DNA of 64,000 nucleotides from an uncultured Lachnospiraceae bacterium (GCA_910576895.1 CAJTJZ010000007.1:6700-70699); one strand, 5' to 3'; shown: positions 45,899 through 57,354, counted from the first letter of the stretch. The notes: generated by a model not told the origin, from the letters alone. Program-made: numbers and translations.

Positions 45899-47545
45899 AT
45901 GAGACGAGAATATGCAAATACTATTATAAATCAATATATGGAACGGATTTATTCTTACGTTTCTCAAAGGATTTCCAATGAAGCAGATATTTGTGATATA
46001 GCACAAGACATTTGTTTCCATATTTATAAAGCAGCTCTTACAAAAGAAATTTATGCCCTAGATGCTTTTATATGGAAAGTGGCAAAGCATACGTTGGCAA
46101 ATTATTATCGTAAAAGGCAAAAGCTATATTATACTATCTCATTAGAAGAAGCAAATCTTGATTTTGAAGATAAAAGAACCAGCACGTTACAGAATATGAT
46201 TGCTTTAGAAGATTATCATAAAATCCGACAAGAAATTTCTTATTTATCCAAAATACAGCGAAATATCATTATTATGTTTTACTATGAAGGAAAAAAGCAG
46301 TCAGAAATTGCAGAATTTTTACAAATACCCTTAGGAACAGTAAAATATTATCTAAGCGAAGCAAAAAAAGAATTAAAGAAAGGAATGAAAAAAATGAGAA
46401 ATAAAAAAGATTTAGAATTTAATCCTATCGAATTTGGAGTTATAGGTTATTCTGGAAGCAATGGTGAAATGGGAGATGCAGTCAACTTCTTTCGAAGTGC
46501 ATTATCACAAAATATTATATATTGTATTTCTAATAAGGAATTTACTATAGCAGAAATTGCTGATATGCTTCATGTTTCCCCAATATATATAGAAAGCGAA
46601 CTTGATTTTCTGGAAAAATATTCTCTTGTAATAAAGAAAAAGAACCATTATATTTCTAATATATTAATTGATGAAGCAACAGAAGAATTTTGTCAAAAGC
46701 ATAGACAGATTTATGAAAAAACATCGTCTCTTATTGCCTGTAAATTGTTTGATGAAATTAGTCATAGTTCTTATCTTGATAGTGATGATATTTATGGGCC
46801 AAAACATGATAAGAATTATATTATGTGGTCATTACTATTTTATCTTCTTGCTCAAACAAAAAATCCTTCTTCTGAAACTATGATCTCTTTTGACGAAGTA
46901 GCTGAACTACGAGCAGATGGTGGAAAAAATTTAATTACAGCTTCTATAAAAACTTCTGCCGGAGAAAACTATATACAAAAAACTCACTTAAATCAACTTT
47001 ATGGTCCTTGCTGGAATGCATCTAATGATATTACTTTATGGCTAATTGATGGAGACTGGACAAAAAAAAGAATCACCTCACACTATGGTGGTTCTAATAT
47101 AGAATATGACTTAATACTTTTAAACAGGTTTTTAAAAAATGAAAAATTATCAGAAGACGATTATGCCTTTTTATGTAGGAAACATTATATTAAAAAAACA
47201 AAGCAAGGCTTTATACTCAATCTTGTTGTTTTAAAAGAAAGCAAAATAAAAGAACAGCTACTTAGTATAGCAAATAAAATAAAAACAAAAGTATTGCATG
47301 ATATAGATATAGAACTTACTGCTTACAAAAAATGGAACTTAGAAAATAAACAACTCCCTCCTCATCTACAAAAACAGGCAGAATATCATCTACAACATAT
47401 GTTTGACTCTGATGGCTGGTTTATGCTTTATGCAAAAAAAGCATTAGTGGAAAGTGGACGACTTATACCAGTAGAGGAAGAACAAAAATTTAGCGTCACT
47501 CAAATAATTATTACTAGAAATAAAGAATGTGTCTATTTTCATTAA
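45899..47545 (+). CDS. Sigma-70-family (ECF-like) sigma factor fused to a roughly 370-aa C-terminal domain
   Basis: A region 2-like N-terminus and a region 4 HTH (QSEIAEFLQIPLGTVKYYLSEAKKELKKG) by about aa 165. The next 380 aa include a second wHTH-like stretch (FTIAEIADMLHVSPIYIESELDFLEKYSLV). Confidence 0.7.
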   Translation: MRREYANTIINQYMERIYSYVSQRISNEADICDIAQDICFHIYKAALTKEIYALDAFIWKVAKHTLANYYRKRQKLYYTISLEEANLDFEDKRTSTLQNMIALEDYHKIRQEISYLSKIQRNIIIMFYYEGKKQSEIAEFLQIPLGTVKYYLSEAKKELKKGMKKMRNKKDLEFNPIEFGVIGYSGSNGEMGDAVNFFRSALSQNIIYCISNKEFTIAEIADMLHVSPIYIESELDFLEKYSLVIKKKNHYISNILIDEATEEFCQKHRQIYEKTSSLIACKLFDEISHSSYLDSDDIYGPKHDKNYIMWSLLFYLLAQTKNPSSETMISFDEVAELRADGGKNLITASIKTSAGENYIQKTHLNQLYGPCWNASNDITLWLIDGDWTKKRITSHYGGSNIEYDLILLNRFLKNEKLSEDDYAFLCRKHYIKKTKQGFILNLVVLKESKIKEQLLSIANKIKTKVLHDIDIELTAYKKWNLENKQLPPHLQKQAEYHLQHMFDSDGWFMLYAKKALVESGRLIPVEEEQKFSVTQIIITRNKECVYFH

Positions 47546-47650
47546 TCCTAAAAAATACTTTCTTCTTTAGCAAATTTAACCATTAAATCAGGTCTTAAAA
47601 CTTAAAATCTTTACAAACCTGACAATCCTTACAGATCTAACAAGAAATAA

Positions 47651-47699
47651 AAAAGCTATGATAAAAATAATAAAAATTTTCTATCATAGCTTCTTTTTA
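47651..47699. terminator. Bidirectional terminator between convergent genes
   Basis: AAAAGCTATGATA-loop-TATCATAGCTTCTTTTT. Confidence 0.75.
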
Positions 47700-47722
47700 T
47701 TCTCACAGAAAAATCAAATGCT

Positions 47723-49753
47723 CTAATCAAAATATTGAAAACTTCCAACAAGTTCCTTTAGTAAATCTGATTGACTAGACAATTCTTCAGAAGATGCAGC
47801 ACATTGTTGTGCCATAGCAGAATTAGATTCTACTACATTCGCTATTTGATTAATCCCTTCTGCAACTTGCGATGCTGCTTCTGCCTGATTATCAGAAGCC
47901 TTTGCTATCTCAATAATAGATGTATTTACTATATTTGCACTATCTACAACCATAAGCAACGATTCCGCTGTAGACTTTGTAAGTTTTGTTCCATCTTCTA
48001 CTGCAAGAATTGCATTTTGTATTAAATCTTTTGTATTTCTTGCTGCTTCTGAACTTTGTTCTGCTAAGATTCCTACTTGTGTAGCAACAACAGCAAACCC
48101 CTTGCCAGCTTCTCCTGCTCGTGCTGCCTCAATAGATGCATTTAATGCAAGAAGATTTGTTTGATCTGCAATTTCTTCAATACTGCTAATAATTTCTGCA
48201 ATTTTATCGGATGCTTCCCTAATCCTTAACATAGCATTTGTATTTTCCTTCATCTGTCCATTACAGGAAATGATTTGATCATTTACATTTTTCACAACAA
48301 TTCTAGCTTTTTCTGCATTTTCAGCACTCACTTGTATTTTCTCTGAAATATCTGTAACCGTTGCCGTCAGCTCTTGTACTGCACTTGCCTGATCGGTAGC
48401 CCCCTCCGCAAGTGATTGTGCTGCTCCTGCCAAATCCATAGAACCTTTTTGTACACTTTTTGCATTATGATCAATTCGTCTCATAGCATCATTTAAAGAA
48501 TCAACAATTCCCTGAACAGAATCACTGATTTGAGAAAAATCACCATTGTAATTTTCATCAATTAAAATTTTAAAATTCCCCTCTGATAAATCTGATAAAT
48601 GATGACTAATATCAGAAATAACTATATTCAAATCCTGAATTGTTTTCGTAAGGCAATTCATTAAAATAGCTGTTTCGTCATTTTCTTCTGGAACTGGAGT
48701 AGGAGAATGAAGATCTCCTTCTGCTAAAAGCTCTAACCGTTTCACAGATGTAATAATTGGTTTTGCAACTGTTTTTCCCAATTGGTTTCCACTGCTAACC
48801 CCAAAAATAGCAAAAATAATAACAAAAACCACAGCAAGAGCTAAAGAGATAAAAAATTTTCCTAAAAATTCATTTCTAACAGCAGTGACTGCAATACTCC
48901 ATCCCTCTGTATTTGGAACTGGTGAATAAGCAACTATTTTTGTTACACCACCATAAAAATAAGTACCTATTCCATCTTCGCCTGCCACCATTTTTTTGCA
49001 AATTTTACTAAACTTTTTCAATTTTGGATTAGAATCTCCAAGAGCAACACAATTTTCCACTCCAACAAGTTCTGAATTAATATCAGCAATTGTAATTCCA
49101 TTAGAGTCAGCCATAAAAGCAGTACCACCTTTACCTACCTTAATGGAACGCATAATATCATTTAAACTTTCACCGTCTGGAATATAGACAACAACACCAA
49201 CTGGAGTTGTATTAGGAACACCCTCTTGCCATAATGGAGCAGCTACTGCAAAAGAAACAGCTTTGGTAATATCACTATATGCAGGAGTAGAAACATAGGT
49301 ATTTCCTTGCATACACTCCTTAAAATATTCTCTATCAGAAAGATCTTCTCCTGTAATAATATCAATACCACTATTATCAAGAAGAAATCCACCATCAAAG
49401 TCATGATCTGCAATCCTTTGTTTAAAAATCTCACTTTTTTCTTCTTTTGTTATTTCTGGATCAGCAAGCCTTGCTGTGCTGCCTGTTTCATAAGCAATTG
49501 TTACATATTGCTCCACTGATGCAGATACATAAGCGGCTGCTATAATTGAAGTATTATCAATTGTCTGTGAAACTGCACCAACAGAAGAAAAATAATTTAA
49601 AACAGAAGTTACCACCCCTAATACAACGCAACATAAAATGATTACTTGAGCAAAACGCTTTGAAATCTTTTTTTCAATACTAATAAACGTATTTTTTTTA
49701 TCTTTCCCCTTATTTGCTATTTTACTTTTTTCATCCCCATTTTTTTTCTTCAT
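47723..49753 (-). CDS. Methyl-accepting chemotaxis protein with dCache-type sensor and HAMP
   Basis: Signalling hairpin [28 protein letters not shown] periplasmic Cache-like region lies between two TM helices. Confidence 0.92.
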   Translation of the reverse strand: MKKKNGDEKSKIANKGKDKKNTFISIEKKISKRFAQVIILCCVVLGVVTSVLNYFSSVGAVSQTIDNTSIIAAAYVSASVEQYVTIAYETGSTARLADPEITKEEKSEIFKQRIADHDFDGGFLLDNSGIDIITGEDLSDREYFKECMQGNTYVSTPAYSDITKAVSFAVAAPLWQEGVPNTTPVGVVVYIPDGESLNDIMRSIKVGKGGTAFMADSNGITIADINSELVGVENCVALGDSNPKLKKFSKICKKMVAGEDGIGTYFYGGVTKIVAYSPVPNTEGWSIAVTAVRNEFLGKFFISLALAVVFVIIFAIFGVSSGNQLGKTVAKPIITSVKRLELLAEGDLHSPTPVPEENDETAILMNCLTKTIQDLNIVISDISHHLSDLSEGNFKILIDENYNGDFSQISDSVQGIVDSLNDAMRRIDHNAKSVQKGSMDLAGAAQSLAEGATDQASAVQELTATVTDISEKIQVSAENAEKARIVVKNVNDQIISCNGQMKENTNAMLRIREASDKIAEIISSIEEIADQTNLLALNASIEAARAGEAGKGFAVVATQVGILAEQSSEAARNTKDLIQNAILAVEDGTKLTKSTAESLLMVVDSANIVNTSIIEIAKASDNQAEAASQVAEGINQIANVVESNSAMAQQCAASSEELSSQSDLLKELVGSFQYFD

Positions 49754-50102
49754 AAGTTACCCCCTTTTGTACATCATACATCTTTGCATCTCTTTACAAA
49801 AAATAGATAGAATAAATTTTTCGTCCATCTAAAATTGTATTAATACCTATATCCATTTTTCCGTTCTTTTTGTTCTTATTTAATCGTATATCATGCCGTA
49901 AAAATTTCTTTAAAAATTTTTACAATAAGAACATATTTTTTTAATTATATCATAATTTTTTGCTTCTAGCAACCTTAATTATGCTTAATTGTTAATTACT
50001 TAGTTATTTAATCTTATATAGTAAGAAGTTTCCCACTTTTTAAGTGAACGAATATATTACTAAGACAACACAATAAAAGCATATCTTATTTTCTTATCTT
50101 TT

Positions 50103-51731
50103 CTACATTAGTGGTGCAACAAACTTCATTACAACACCAATCATTTTTCTTTGCCACCTTTCGTTCTTTATTGATTCTTTTGTTATTTTTTTACATTGTT
50201 TTAATGTGTTATCAAAATCCTTCTCTATATCAATAATACAGGACATACCATAAAGATATGCTGCACATTCAAAGTGATGATAAAGACTTCTATAATCAAG
50301 ATTAATTGTTCCAACAACAGCTTTACAGTTATCACTAACAAACAGCTTTGCATGAACAAATCCCGGTGTATACTCATAAATTTCTACTCCAGATTCCAAA
50401 AGAGAGTAATAATGTGTTTTCGCTAAAGCATAAGGAACTTCTTTATCTGGAATTCCCGGAAGAATTAATTTCACATCAATTCCACGTTCTGCAGCAAACT
50501 TTAATGCTGCCTCCATTTCTCCATCAAGAATTAAATAAGGTGACATAATATGTACATACTCTTTTGATTGGTTAAGAATATCCATATAAACTCGTTCACC
50601 TACTTTATCATTATCTAATGGAGAGTCTGCATATGGCAAGACATACCCTTCCGTTTCTTTTCCTTCTTCCTCCTCCTGCATAGGAAAATACTTTCTTTCC
50701 ATTCCTTCTGGTGCTAATGTGGCATATCCTAAATATTTTTTATAGTCTGGCAGCTTTTCATCTATATTCCACATTTGCAAAAACATCAGTGTAAAACTTT
50801 TTGCTGCTTCCCCTTTTAACATAATTGCCACATCTTTCCAATGCCCAAACCTTTTTATATGATTAATATATTCATCTGCAAGATTAATACCGCCCGTAAA
50901 TGCTATCTGCCCATCAATCACTAAAATCTTTCTATGATCTCGATAGTTGTAATGCGTAGAAACAAATGGTGTCACTGGCGAAAATATTTTACATTTTATT
51001 CCAAGTTGTCTTAATCGCTTTGGATAATCATGAGGCAATAGAGAAAATTCACAAGTGCCATCATACATCACTCGCACTTCTACATTTTCTTTTGCTTTTT
51101 CTGCCAAAATTTCTAAAATTTTTCCCCACATCAGACCTTCGTCAATAATAAAATATTCCAAAAAAATAAATTTCTTTGCTTTGCGAAGCTGTATTAATAC
51201 TTCTGCAAATTTATCTTCACCTGATGGAAAATAAACAGCTTCTGTATGATGATAAACTGGAAAACAACCAGTACGTCCAATATATCCTGCAAGCATAGCA
51301 GATTCTTTGTTTCTTTTTGAAAGACTTTCCATTGTTTCTACAGATTGTGGAATAATTTCTTTTGTTTCATTAAAAATCTCCTGAAGTCTTGCCCTCACTG
51401 CTCTATGACCAATATCCATCTTTGTATATAATAATAAAGCAGCACCAAAAAATGGTACTACAAGGATTAAAACAAGCCAAGTAATTTTTGCTGTTGGATC
51501 GGTACGACTATTTAATAAATATAGTACCATAATAAGCATAAAAAAAACAATTCCACCATAAATATGCCCTAGATATTGCTCAAACCACTGAAAAATACTA
51601 ATTAGCATAAGTGCCTGCAACGCCATAAGAAAAAGCAAAAGTCCAATACGGCTAAAAATAATACGAGCAAGACCTTTTTTTCCTTTCTTCAATAAACGCA
51701 TTCCTGTACTTTCTATCTCTTGTTGATTCAT
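50103..51731 (-). CDS. cls: Cardiolipin synthase (PLD superfamily)
   Basis: Two HKD motifs (HRKILVIDG.., HAKLFVSDN..GTINLD) and N-terminal TM helices. Confidence 0.9.
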   Translation of the reverse strand: MNQQEIESTGMRLLKKGKKGLARIIFSRIGLLLFLMALQALMLISIFQWFEQYLGHIYGGIVFFMLIMVLYLLNSRTDPTAKITWLVLILVVPFFGAALLLYTKMDIGHRAVRARLQEIFNETKEIIPQSVETMESLSKRNKESAMLAGYIGRTGCFPVYHHTEAVYFPSGEDKFAEVLIQLRKAKKFIFLEYFIIDEGLMWGKILEILAEKAKENVEVRVMYDGTCEFSLLPHDYPKRLRQLGIKCKIFSPVTPFVSTHYNYRDHRKILVIDGQIAFTGGINLADEYINHIKRFGHWKDVAIMLKGEAAKSFTLMFLQMWNIDEKLPDYKKYLGYATLAPEGMERKYFPMQEEEEGKETEGYVLPYADSPLDNDKVGERVYMDILNQSKEYVHIMSPYLILDGEMEAALKFAAERGIDVKLILPGIPDKEVPYALAKTHYYSLLESGVEIYEYTPGFVHAKLFVSDNCKAVVGTINLDYRSLYHHFECAAYLYGMSCIIDIEKDFDNTLKQCKKITKESIKNERWQRKMIGVVMKFVAPLM

Positions 51732-52209
51732 AAGCTATAATTCCTTTCTGTTTTTTCTATTTTAAAGAATATATTATCAAAACTATTTTGCTACTTTTCT
51801 ATTTTATTATCAGTTACCATCTTATTTATTAACATTCAATATTTATCTTGTAAAAATAAGTTTATTATATGACAATATTCGTAAAAAATCAATTATATCT
51901 GCTGTTTTTAATGATATTTCTATATCTTAGCTTCATAATAAAATGATTTTTAACATTACTTTCCTATAGACGAACTTACCAATATGAAAAATATATATTA
52001 TCATTATCATAATGGCAATATAACCTATTCTATAGCACATGGAAAAAAATTTAATAAAGTTTTATATTCAGTAAAAATAGAAAAAAATAAAAAGAAATTC
52101 TATTAAAAGTATTACATTTATTTAAAATTAAAATAGCATTAAAAAAACGCCTATAAATATACAAAGGTATAAAACAGACGTTTTTTGTAATCCACTATAT
52201 CAAAAGAAC

Positions 52210-53364
52210 TTATGGCTTTATCGCAAAATCTCTATCCTGCATAAACTGCACTATATTATAAAGAACTATTACATGACTTGGCTGATACATCCGCATAACC
52301 ATAGATAGTCCGGCATTTATCTGTCTCATATCCACCACAATTACTTTTTCATAATCTTCCATAAAAAATGGTATCATGCAGTTTGCAAAGGAATCTTTTA
52401 TAAGCATTAATACCTTTCCATTTTCTTTTCCTCCTGTAATTTCCAAAATCCCTTGATTTCCACCAGAAAATACACTATATTGATCTTCTTCCTCTAAATA
52501 CTTCCATTGATAAAAACTATCTTCTGTTTTTTCCCCCTGATTATATACAACAGAAAATGTTCCTTCTGGTTCATATACAAAAATTTCATCCTTTTTAGAA
52601 TACATATTTATTTTAGAATACGTTGTACCAAGAAAATTATTGCTAACAGATTTTAATGCTTGTTTCTTCTTTTGTGCAAGCTTTTCTTTTTCCTTTTCAC
52701 TATCATTGTCACATGCTTGTAAATATGCCTGATATCCATACCATGCCCCCAAGGTGGTCCAATGATGATCATTTCGATAATAAATATATTCTTCTTTATG
52801 TTTCTCTAAAATTTCTTTCACTGGTACTAATACATGCTTTGGCAGTTCCTTTTCCAGCATTTCATAAAATATAGTTTCATCATAACTTTCTGCAAATAAT
52901 GGTAAATAATCCTTTAAAATATTGGTTTTTGAAGGAACCATTAATACTTTTACGTTATCTTTTTTATCTTCCGCTTGCATTTTTTCTATAAATTCTTTTA
53001 ATGCCTGTACATTTTTCTTTATCTGTTTTTTATGAAAATCCTCTTTTGTATATTTTTCTAAAAGATATTGTTTTTTTCCAAAGAAAACTTGATTTGATTC
53101 TGTTTTTCCTGCTAACCTTTCGGCAATAGATTTTACTTGAATCCATTGATCTCTTGCTGGAAATTGATCACTTAAATAAGTTTCATATTTTTTCTGAAAT
53201 TTTCCTTTTAAAACTCGTTTTACTGATATTTTAGGAAATGTTTGTAACATTCTTTTTTCACTAGAAGAATAGGAGTGTTCCTTCTGTACAAGCCCTAAAA
53301 TAGAAATTCCATATATCATAAGAAAAAACACAAAACATAAAATAATCGATCTTCCTTTTTTCAT
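52210..53364 (-). CDS. DHHW-family protein (AlgJ/AlgX/DltD-like extracytoplasmic acyltransferase partner)
   Basis: N-terminal anchor and the diagnostic YYRNDHHWTTLGAWYGY motif. Confidence 0.75.
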   Translation of the reverse strand: MKKGRSIILCFVFFLMIYGISILGLVQKEHSYSSSEKRMLQTFPKISVKRVLKGKFQKKYETYLSDQFPARDQWIQVKSIAERLAGKTESNQVFFGKKQYLLEKYTKEDFHKKQIKKNVQALKEFIEKMQAEDKKDNVKVLMVPSKTNILKDYLPLFAESYDETIFYEMLEKELPKHVLVPVKEILEKHKEEYIYYRNDHHWTTLGAWYGYQAYLQACDNDSEKEKEKLAQKKKQALKSVSNNFLGTTYSKINMYSKKDEIFVYEPEGTFSVVYNQGEKTEDSFYQWKYLEEEDQYSVFSGGNQGILEITGGKENGKVLMLIKDSFANCMIPFFMEDYEKVIVVDMRQINAGLSMVMRMYQPSHVIVLYNIVQFMQDRDFAIKP

Positions 53365-53447
53365 AACTTAGTTTCTCCTGTTTTTCTATCCTAATTAAAC
53401 TATCCCTTTTACTTTTATTTCATTTTTGTTTTACTTTTCATTACGAA

Positions 53448-54872
53448 TCAAAATCTAAAATACAAAAATGGATTATAACTTGCATTCACAAGATAGGATG
53501 TAGATAATAAAAATATAGTTATAATAAATATTGTCTGCAATATCGCTTCCATTCCTTCCTGTTTTCTGCAAATCCATGCAATACTTCTTTTTGGAAGTTC
53601 TGTACTTCCAAGAATCAAAGCTATCAACAATACAAAATTTGTTACAAACAAATATAATGCTTGTCTATTTACAAATCCTGCACTTCCAAGTCCTGCCATT
53701 GCTTTTAAAAATACCCTATGTCCCTCAATATCCTGCCATGCAAAGATAAGCCATCCAAAATATACTACAAGGCATACATATCCATGACCTATCCATGCTG
53801 GAAGCTTCTCTAACTTCTTTAGAAATCCACATTTTTCCACAACAAGAAATGCACAAAAATACAAACCCCAACAAATAAAATTTAGACTTGCTCCATGCCA
53901 AAGCCCTGTTAAAAACCAAACAAGAAAAATATTAAACCATGTCCTTGTCTTTCCTTTTCTATTTCCGCCAAGTGGAATATAAACATATTCTCGAAACCAT
54001 GTACCAAGAGAAATATGCCATTTTCTCCAAAATTCTGTAATACTTCTCGCTGTATAGGGATATTTAAAATTTTCTTCTATATCAAACCCAAACATTGCCA
54101 TAAGTCCAATTGCCATATCAGAATACCCAGAAAAGTCAAAATAGATTTGAAACATATAAAATAAAAGTCCAAGCCATGCTGCTACTGTTGTCATCTCTAA
54201 GGAAGAATATTTTGTTACTTCTGTCCATACAAGTCCTGCTGAATTTGCAAGTAATACCTTTTTTCCAAGTCCTGTAACAAACCGTAAAATCCCATAAGAA
54301 ATATGTTCTAAAGAATGTTTTCTTTCCCTTAACTGTTTTGCAATTTCCTGAAATCTTACAATTGGTCCTGCAATTAATTGTGGAAATAAAGAAACATAAG
54401 CTCCAAAATGAATGATATTCCTCTCTGGTTCTGCCTCTTTTCGATAAATGTCAATAGTATAGGACATTGTTTGAAAAGTATAAAAAGAAATCCCTATTGG
54501 AAGTGCTAATTCTTTTACTGGCAAGGAAATACCAAAAAATTGATTCATTACCTCACAAAAAAAACCAGCATACTTAAATATACCAAGCAAGGATAAATTA
54601 ATAATAATAGAACAAACAAGAAAAATTCTTGCAATTCCTTTTTTCTTTCTTTTGATAAAATATCCTGTCAATCCACCATTGATATAATCTACTATTGTTG
54701 AAAATAGCATAAGAAAAATATAAATTGGCTCTCCCCATGCATAAAAAAACAAACTGAATAAAAACAGTACCATGTTTTTCCATAGATAATTTATACAACA
54801 TGGTACTGCATAATAGATGAAAAGAACAATTGGTAGAAAGCGGAATAAAAATAATAGACTACTAAAAACCAT
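53448..54872 (-). CDS. MBOAT-family membrane O-acyltransferase (AlgI/DltB-like)
   Basis: FWRKWHISLGTWFREYVYIPLGGNR and FLTGLWHGA carry the conserved MBOAT His residues. The protein is multi-TM. Confidence 0.88.
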   Translation of the reverse strand: MVFSSLLFLFRFLPIVLFIYYAVPCCINYLWKNMVLFLFSLFFYAWGEPIYIFLMLFSTIVDYINGGLTGYFIKRKKKGIARIFLVCSIIINLSLLGIFKYAGFFCEVMNQFFGISLPVKELALPIGISFYTFQTMSYTIDIYRKEAEPERNIIHFGAYVSLFPQLIAGPIVRFQEIAKQLRERKHSLEHISYGILRFVTGLGKKVLLANSAGLVWTEVTKYSSLEMTTVAAWLGLLFYMFQIYFDFSGYSDMAIGLMAMFGFDIEENFKYPYTARSITEFWRKWHISLGTWFREYVYIPLGGNRKGKTRTWFNIFLVWFLTGLWHGASLNFICWGLYFCAFLVVEKCGFLKKLEKLPAWIGHGYVCLVVYFGWLIFAWQDIEGHRVFLKAMAGLGSAGFVNRQALYLFVTNFVLLIALILGSTELPKRSIAWICRKQEGMEAILQTIFIITIFLLSTSYLVNASYNPFLYFRF

Positions 54873-54899
54873 CTTGCTTTCTTTCCTTTACTATATACT

Positions 54900-55469
54900 T
54901 TATTTTGCAAATAACTCCTTTACTGCATCTACTGCAATTTGATTTTGTTCCTTATAAGCATCAATCTGTTCTTCTTCTGTTGCTGTTTCTTCCAATTCAT
55001 TTTCAATAAAGCCAAGCATAAAGAAGAAAACATAATCTCCTTTTGTATAAATACGGCTTGCCTGTGCTTTTAATAAATTCATTGGATATTGCATGGTATC
55101 ATTAATTTGCACTTGTTGATATTCCTGCAATTTTTTCTTAATCTTCTTTTTTGTTTTTGCATTCTTTGCTTTTGCAATTACTAAAGTATCAATATGTGCA
55201 CTCATCATTGGTACATCTGATACTGCCTCTGTATACCATTTAGAAGAAAGTCCATAACGCTGATCAATTTCTTCATTTGTTAAAGACATATTAGCAACAT
55301 ATTGTTCTCCATAAGCATCTTTTATGGCATTATGAAGCTTTTTTATTGTTGGTGCTTTTTTCTTTTTTGCTGCCTGTGCTGTAAATGATTTTTGCACTTC
55401 AATAGAAGCTGGAACTGCTCCAGCTACAAATGCTAAGGCAATCATAACTGCTATTATTTTTCTTTTCAT
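54900..55469 (-). CDS. DUF4358-like secreted/lipoprotein-type protein
   Basis: A signal peptide, with size and sequence pattern (..DTLVIAKAKN....KGDYVFFFMLG) like DUF4358 proteins that precede MBOAT/DHHW pairs. The assignment is from memory. Confidence 0.5.
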   Translation of the reverse strand: MKRKIIAVMIALAFVAGAVPASIEVQKSFTAQAAKKKKAPTIKKLHNAIKDAYGEQYVANMSLTNEEIDQRYGLSSKWYTEAVSDVPMMSAHIDTLVIAKAKNAKTKKKIKKKLQEYQQVQINDTMQYPMNLLKAQASRIYTKGDYVFFFMLGFIENELEETATEEEQIDAYKEQNQIAVDAVKELFAK

Positions 55470-55649
55470 AATTTTTCTCCTTTTCTACAAATATCTTTGT
55501 AATTTACTACTTTACTTTCTGCTTCAAAAACTCTTTCAATAAAACTCCCACTATCTATTTTATCATTATTTTCAATAATAACTCTATCTTTTCACAGAAA
55601 AAGCCACAAAAATTTTTTGGAAAGTTTTCACAAATTATGGGTACAAAAA

Positions 55650-56363
55650 TTATAATATTTTATATGCTGTTTCCAAAGCAATTTTCATCATATCCTGAAA
55701 ACTTTCTTGTCTGTCTTGTGCAGAAAGTGCTTCCATAGTATCTACACGATCAGAAACTGTAAATAATCCTAATGCCTTTCTTCCAAGTCTTGCAGCATTT
55801 AAATATAGTCCTGCTGTTTCCATTTCTACACCAAGGATTCCCATTTTTTTCCATGCAGCATTGGCATTTTTATCATCACAATAAAAAGTATCGGAAGTCA
55901 ATACATTTCCTACAAAAGCTTGAATATTTAATTCCTTTGCTGTTTCCTCTGCTGTTTTTAATAAATTATAATCTGCTGTCGGTGCAAATACTCCCGGCAA
56001 CTGATATTGACTGGCATAATTTGAATTGGTTGCTGTTCCCATTGCTAGAATAATATCCCGCAAATGTACTTGTTCTGCGATTCCTCCAATAGAGCCAATA
56101 CGAATAATCCATTTTACATGATAAACCGTATAAAGCTCATAGGAATAAATTCCCATAGAAGGAACTCCCATACCAGATCCCATAACGGACAAACGTTTTC
56201 CTTTGTAATTGCCTGTATATCCAAACATATTTCTAATAGTATTAAAACTTTTTACATTTTCTAAAAATGTTTCTGCAATTAATTTTGCCCGAAGTGGATC
56301 TCCCGGCATTAAAACAAATTCTGCAATGTCACCAAGTTCTGCCATATTATGCACTGTTGCCAT
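55650..56363 (-). CDS. deoD: Purine nucleoside phosphorylase, DeoD type
   Basis: LMPGDPLRAKLIAETFL, SVMGSGMGVPS and GVEMETAGLY. Confidence 0.92.
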   Translation of the reverse strand: MATVHNMAELGDIAEFVLMPGDPLRAKLIAETFLENVKSFNTIRNMFGYTGNYKGKRLSVMGSGMGVPSMGIYSYELYTVYHVKWIIRIGSIGGIAEQVHLRDIILAMGTATNSNYASQYQLPGVFAPTADYNLLKTAEETAKELNIQAFVGNVLTSDTFYCDDKNANAAWKKMGILGVEMETAGLYLNAARLGRKALGLFTVSDRVDTMEALSAQDRQESFQDMMKIALETAYKIL

Positions 56364-56414
56364 ATCCTTTCCCCCTTTCTAATATTTTGCTTTAAAAATT
56401 ACTGAATACTTACT

Positions 56415-57326
56415 CTAAAAATTTTTGTCTTTTTTTGGATTTACATGTACCATACAATGTTTTACCATAGGAAGCTCTGTTTCAATTACATCATGTACCT
56501 GTTCTGCAATATCATGTGCTGCTCGTAATGTTTGATTCTCATCTGCTGCAATTTCCACATCTACATATATTTTAGCTCCAAACATCCTTGTTTTCAAGAG
56601 GTCAATTCCCTGAACTCCATTTTGTTCCATTACAATTTTCTTAATTTTATTTTGTGTTTCTTTATCACAAGATTTATCTACCATTTTATCAACCGCATCT
56701 TTAAAAATATCATAAGCTGCCTTGCAAATAAAAAGGCTGATTACAAGAGAAGCTAATGGATCACAAATTGGAAATCCCATTCTAGAACCAAAAATACCAA
56801 GCAATGCACCAATAGAAGACAATGCATCCGAACGGTGATGCCATGCATCTGCCATTAATGCTCCAGAATTTATCTTTTTTGCTGCTATCCTTGTATACCA
56901 AAACAACCATTCCTTTACAACAATGGAGACAACAGCGGCAATCTCTGCAAGAATACCGGGCATTACAATTTCTATTTTCTCTTTAAAAATAATGGCTCTA
57001 ATTCCAGACCCTCCAATTCCAAGACCTGTAGCTGCAAGCACCATAGCAAGAATCATAGAAGCTACACATTCTAATCGCTCATGACCATAAGGATGTTCCT
57101 CATCCGATTGTTTTTCTGAAATGGAAACCCCTATCATAACAATAAAGGTACTAAATACATCAGACATCGAATGAACTGCATCCGATATCATGGCAGATGA
57201 AGATGCCAAAAACCCTGCTGCTAACTTAAATACTGATAAAAATAAATTTACAAAGATACTAATGGCTGATACATGCATTGCAATCTCTCTTGTATTCACT
57301 GTTTTTAATTCTTTTTCTTTTCCCAT
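56415..57326 (-). CDS. Cation diffusion facilitator (CzcD/FieF-like) metal efflux transporter
   Basis: SDAVHSMSDVFS and WHHRSDALSS metal-site motifs, six TM helices and a C-terminal cytoplasmic domain. The ATG at 57326 follows GGGGAGG. Confidence 0.88.
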   Translation of the reverse strand: MGKEKELKTVNTREIAMHVSAISIFVNLFLSVFKLAAGFLASSSAMISDAVHSMSDVFSTFIVMIGVSISEKQSDEEHPYGHERLECVASMILAMVLAATGLGIGGSGIRAIIFKEKIEIVMPGILAEIAAVVSIVVKEWLFWYTRIAAKKINSGALMADAWHHRSDALSSIGALLGIFGSRMGFPICDPLASLVISLFICKAAYDIFKDAVDKMVDKSCDKETQNKIKKIVMEQNGVQGIDLLKTRMFGAKIYVDVEIAADENQTLRAAHDIAEQVHDVIETELPMVKHCMVHVNPKKDKNF

Positions 57327-57354
57327 AAAAATTCCTCCCCTGCTTTGCAAATAT

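Noticed and set aside
51984-52106. 40-aa sORF (MKNIYYHYHNGNITYSIAHGKKFNKVLYSVKIEKNKKKFY) in the 480-nt spacer between cls and the DHHW gene.
   Set aside because: It has no RBS, has the composition expected from AT-rich DNA, and has no partner features. It is probably spurious.
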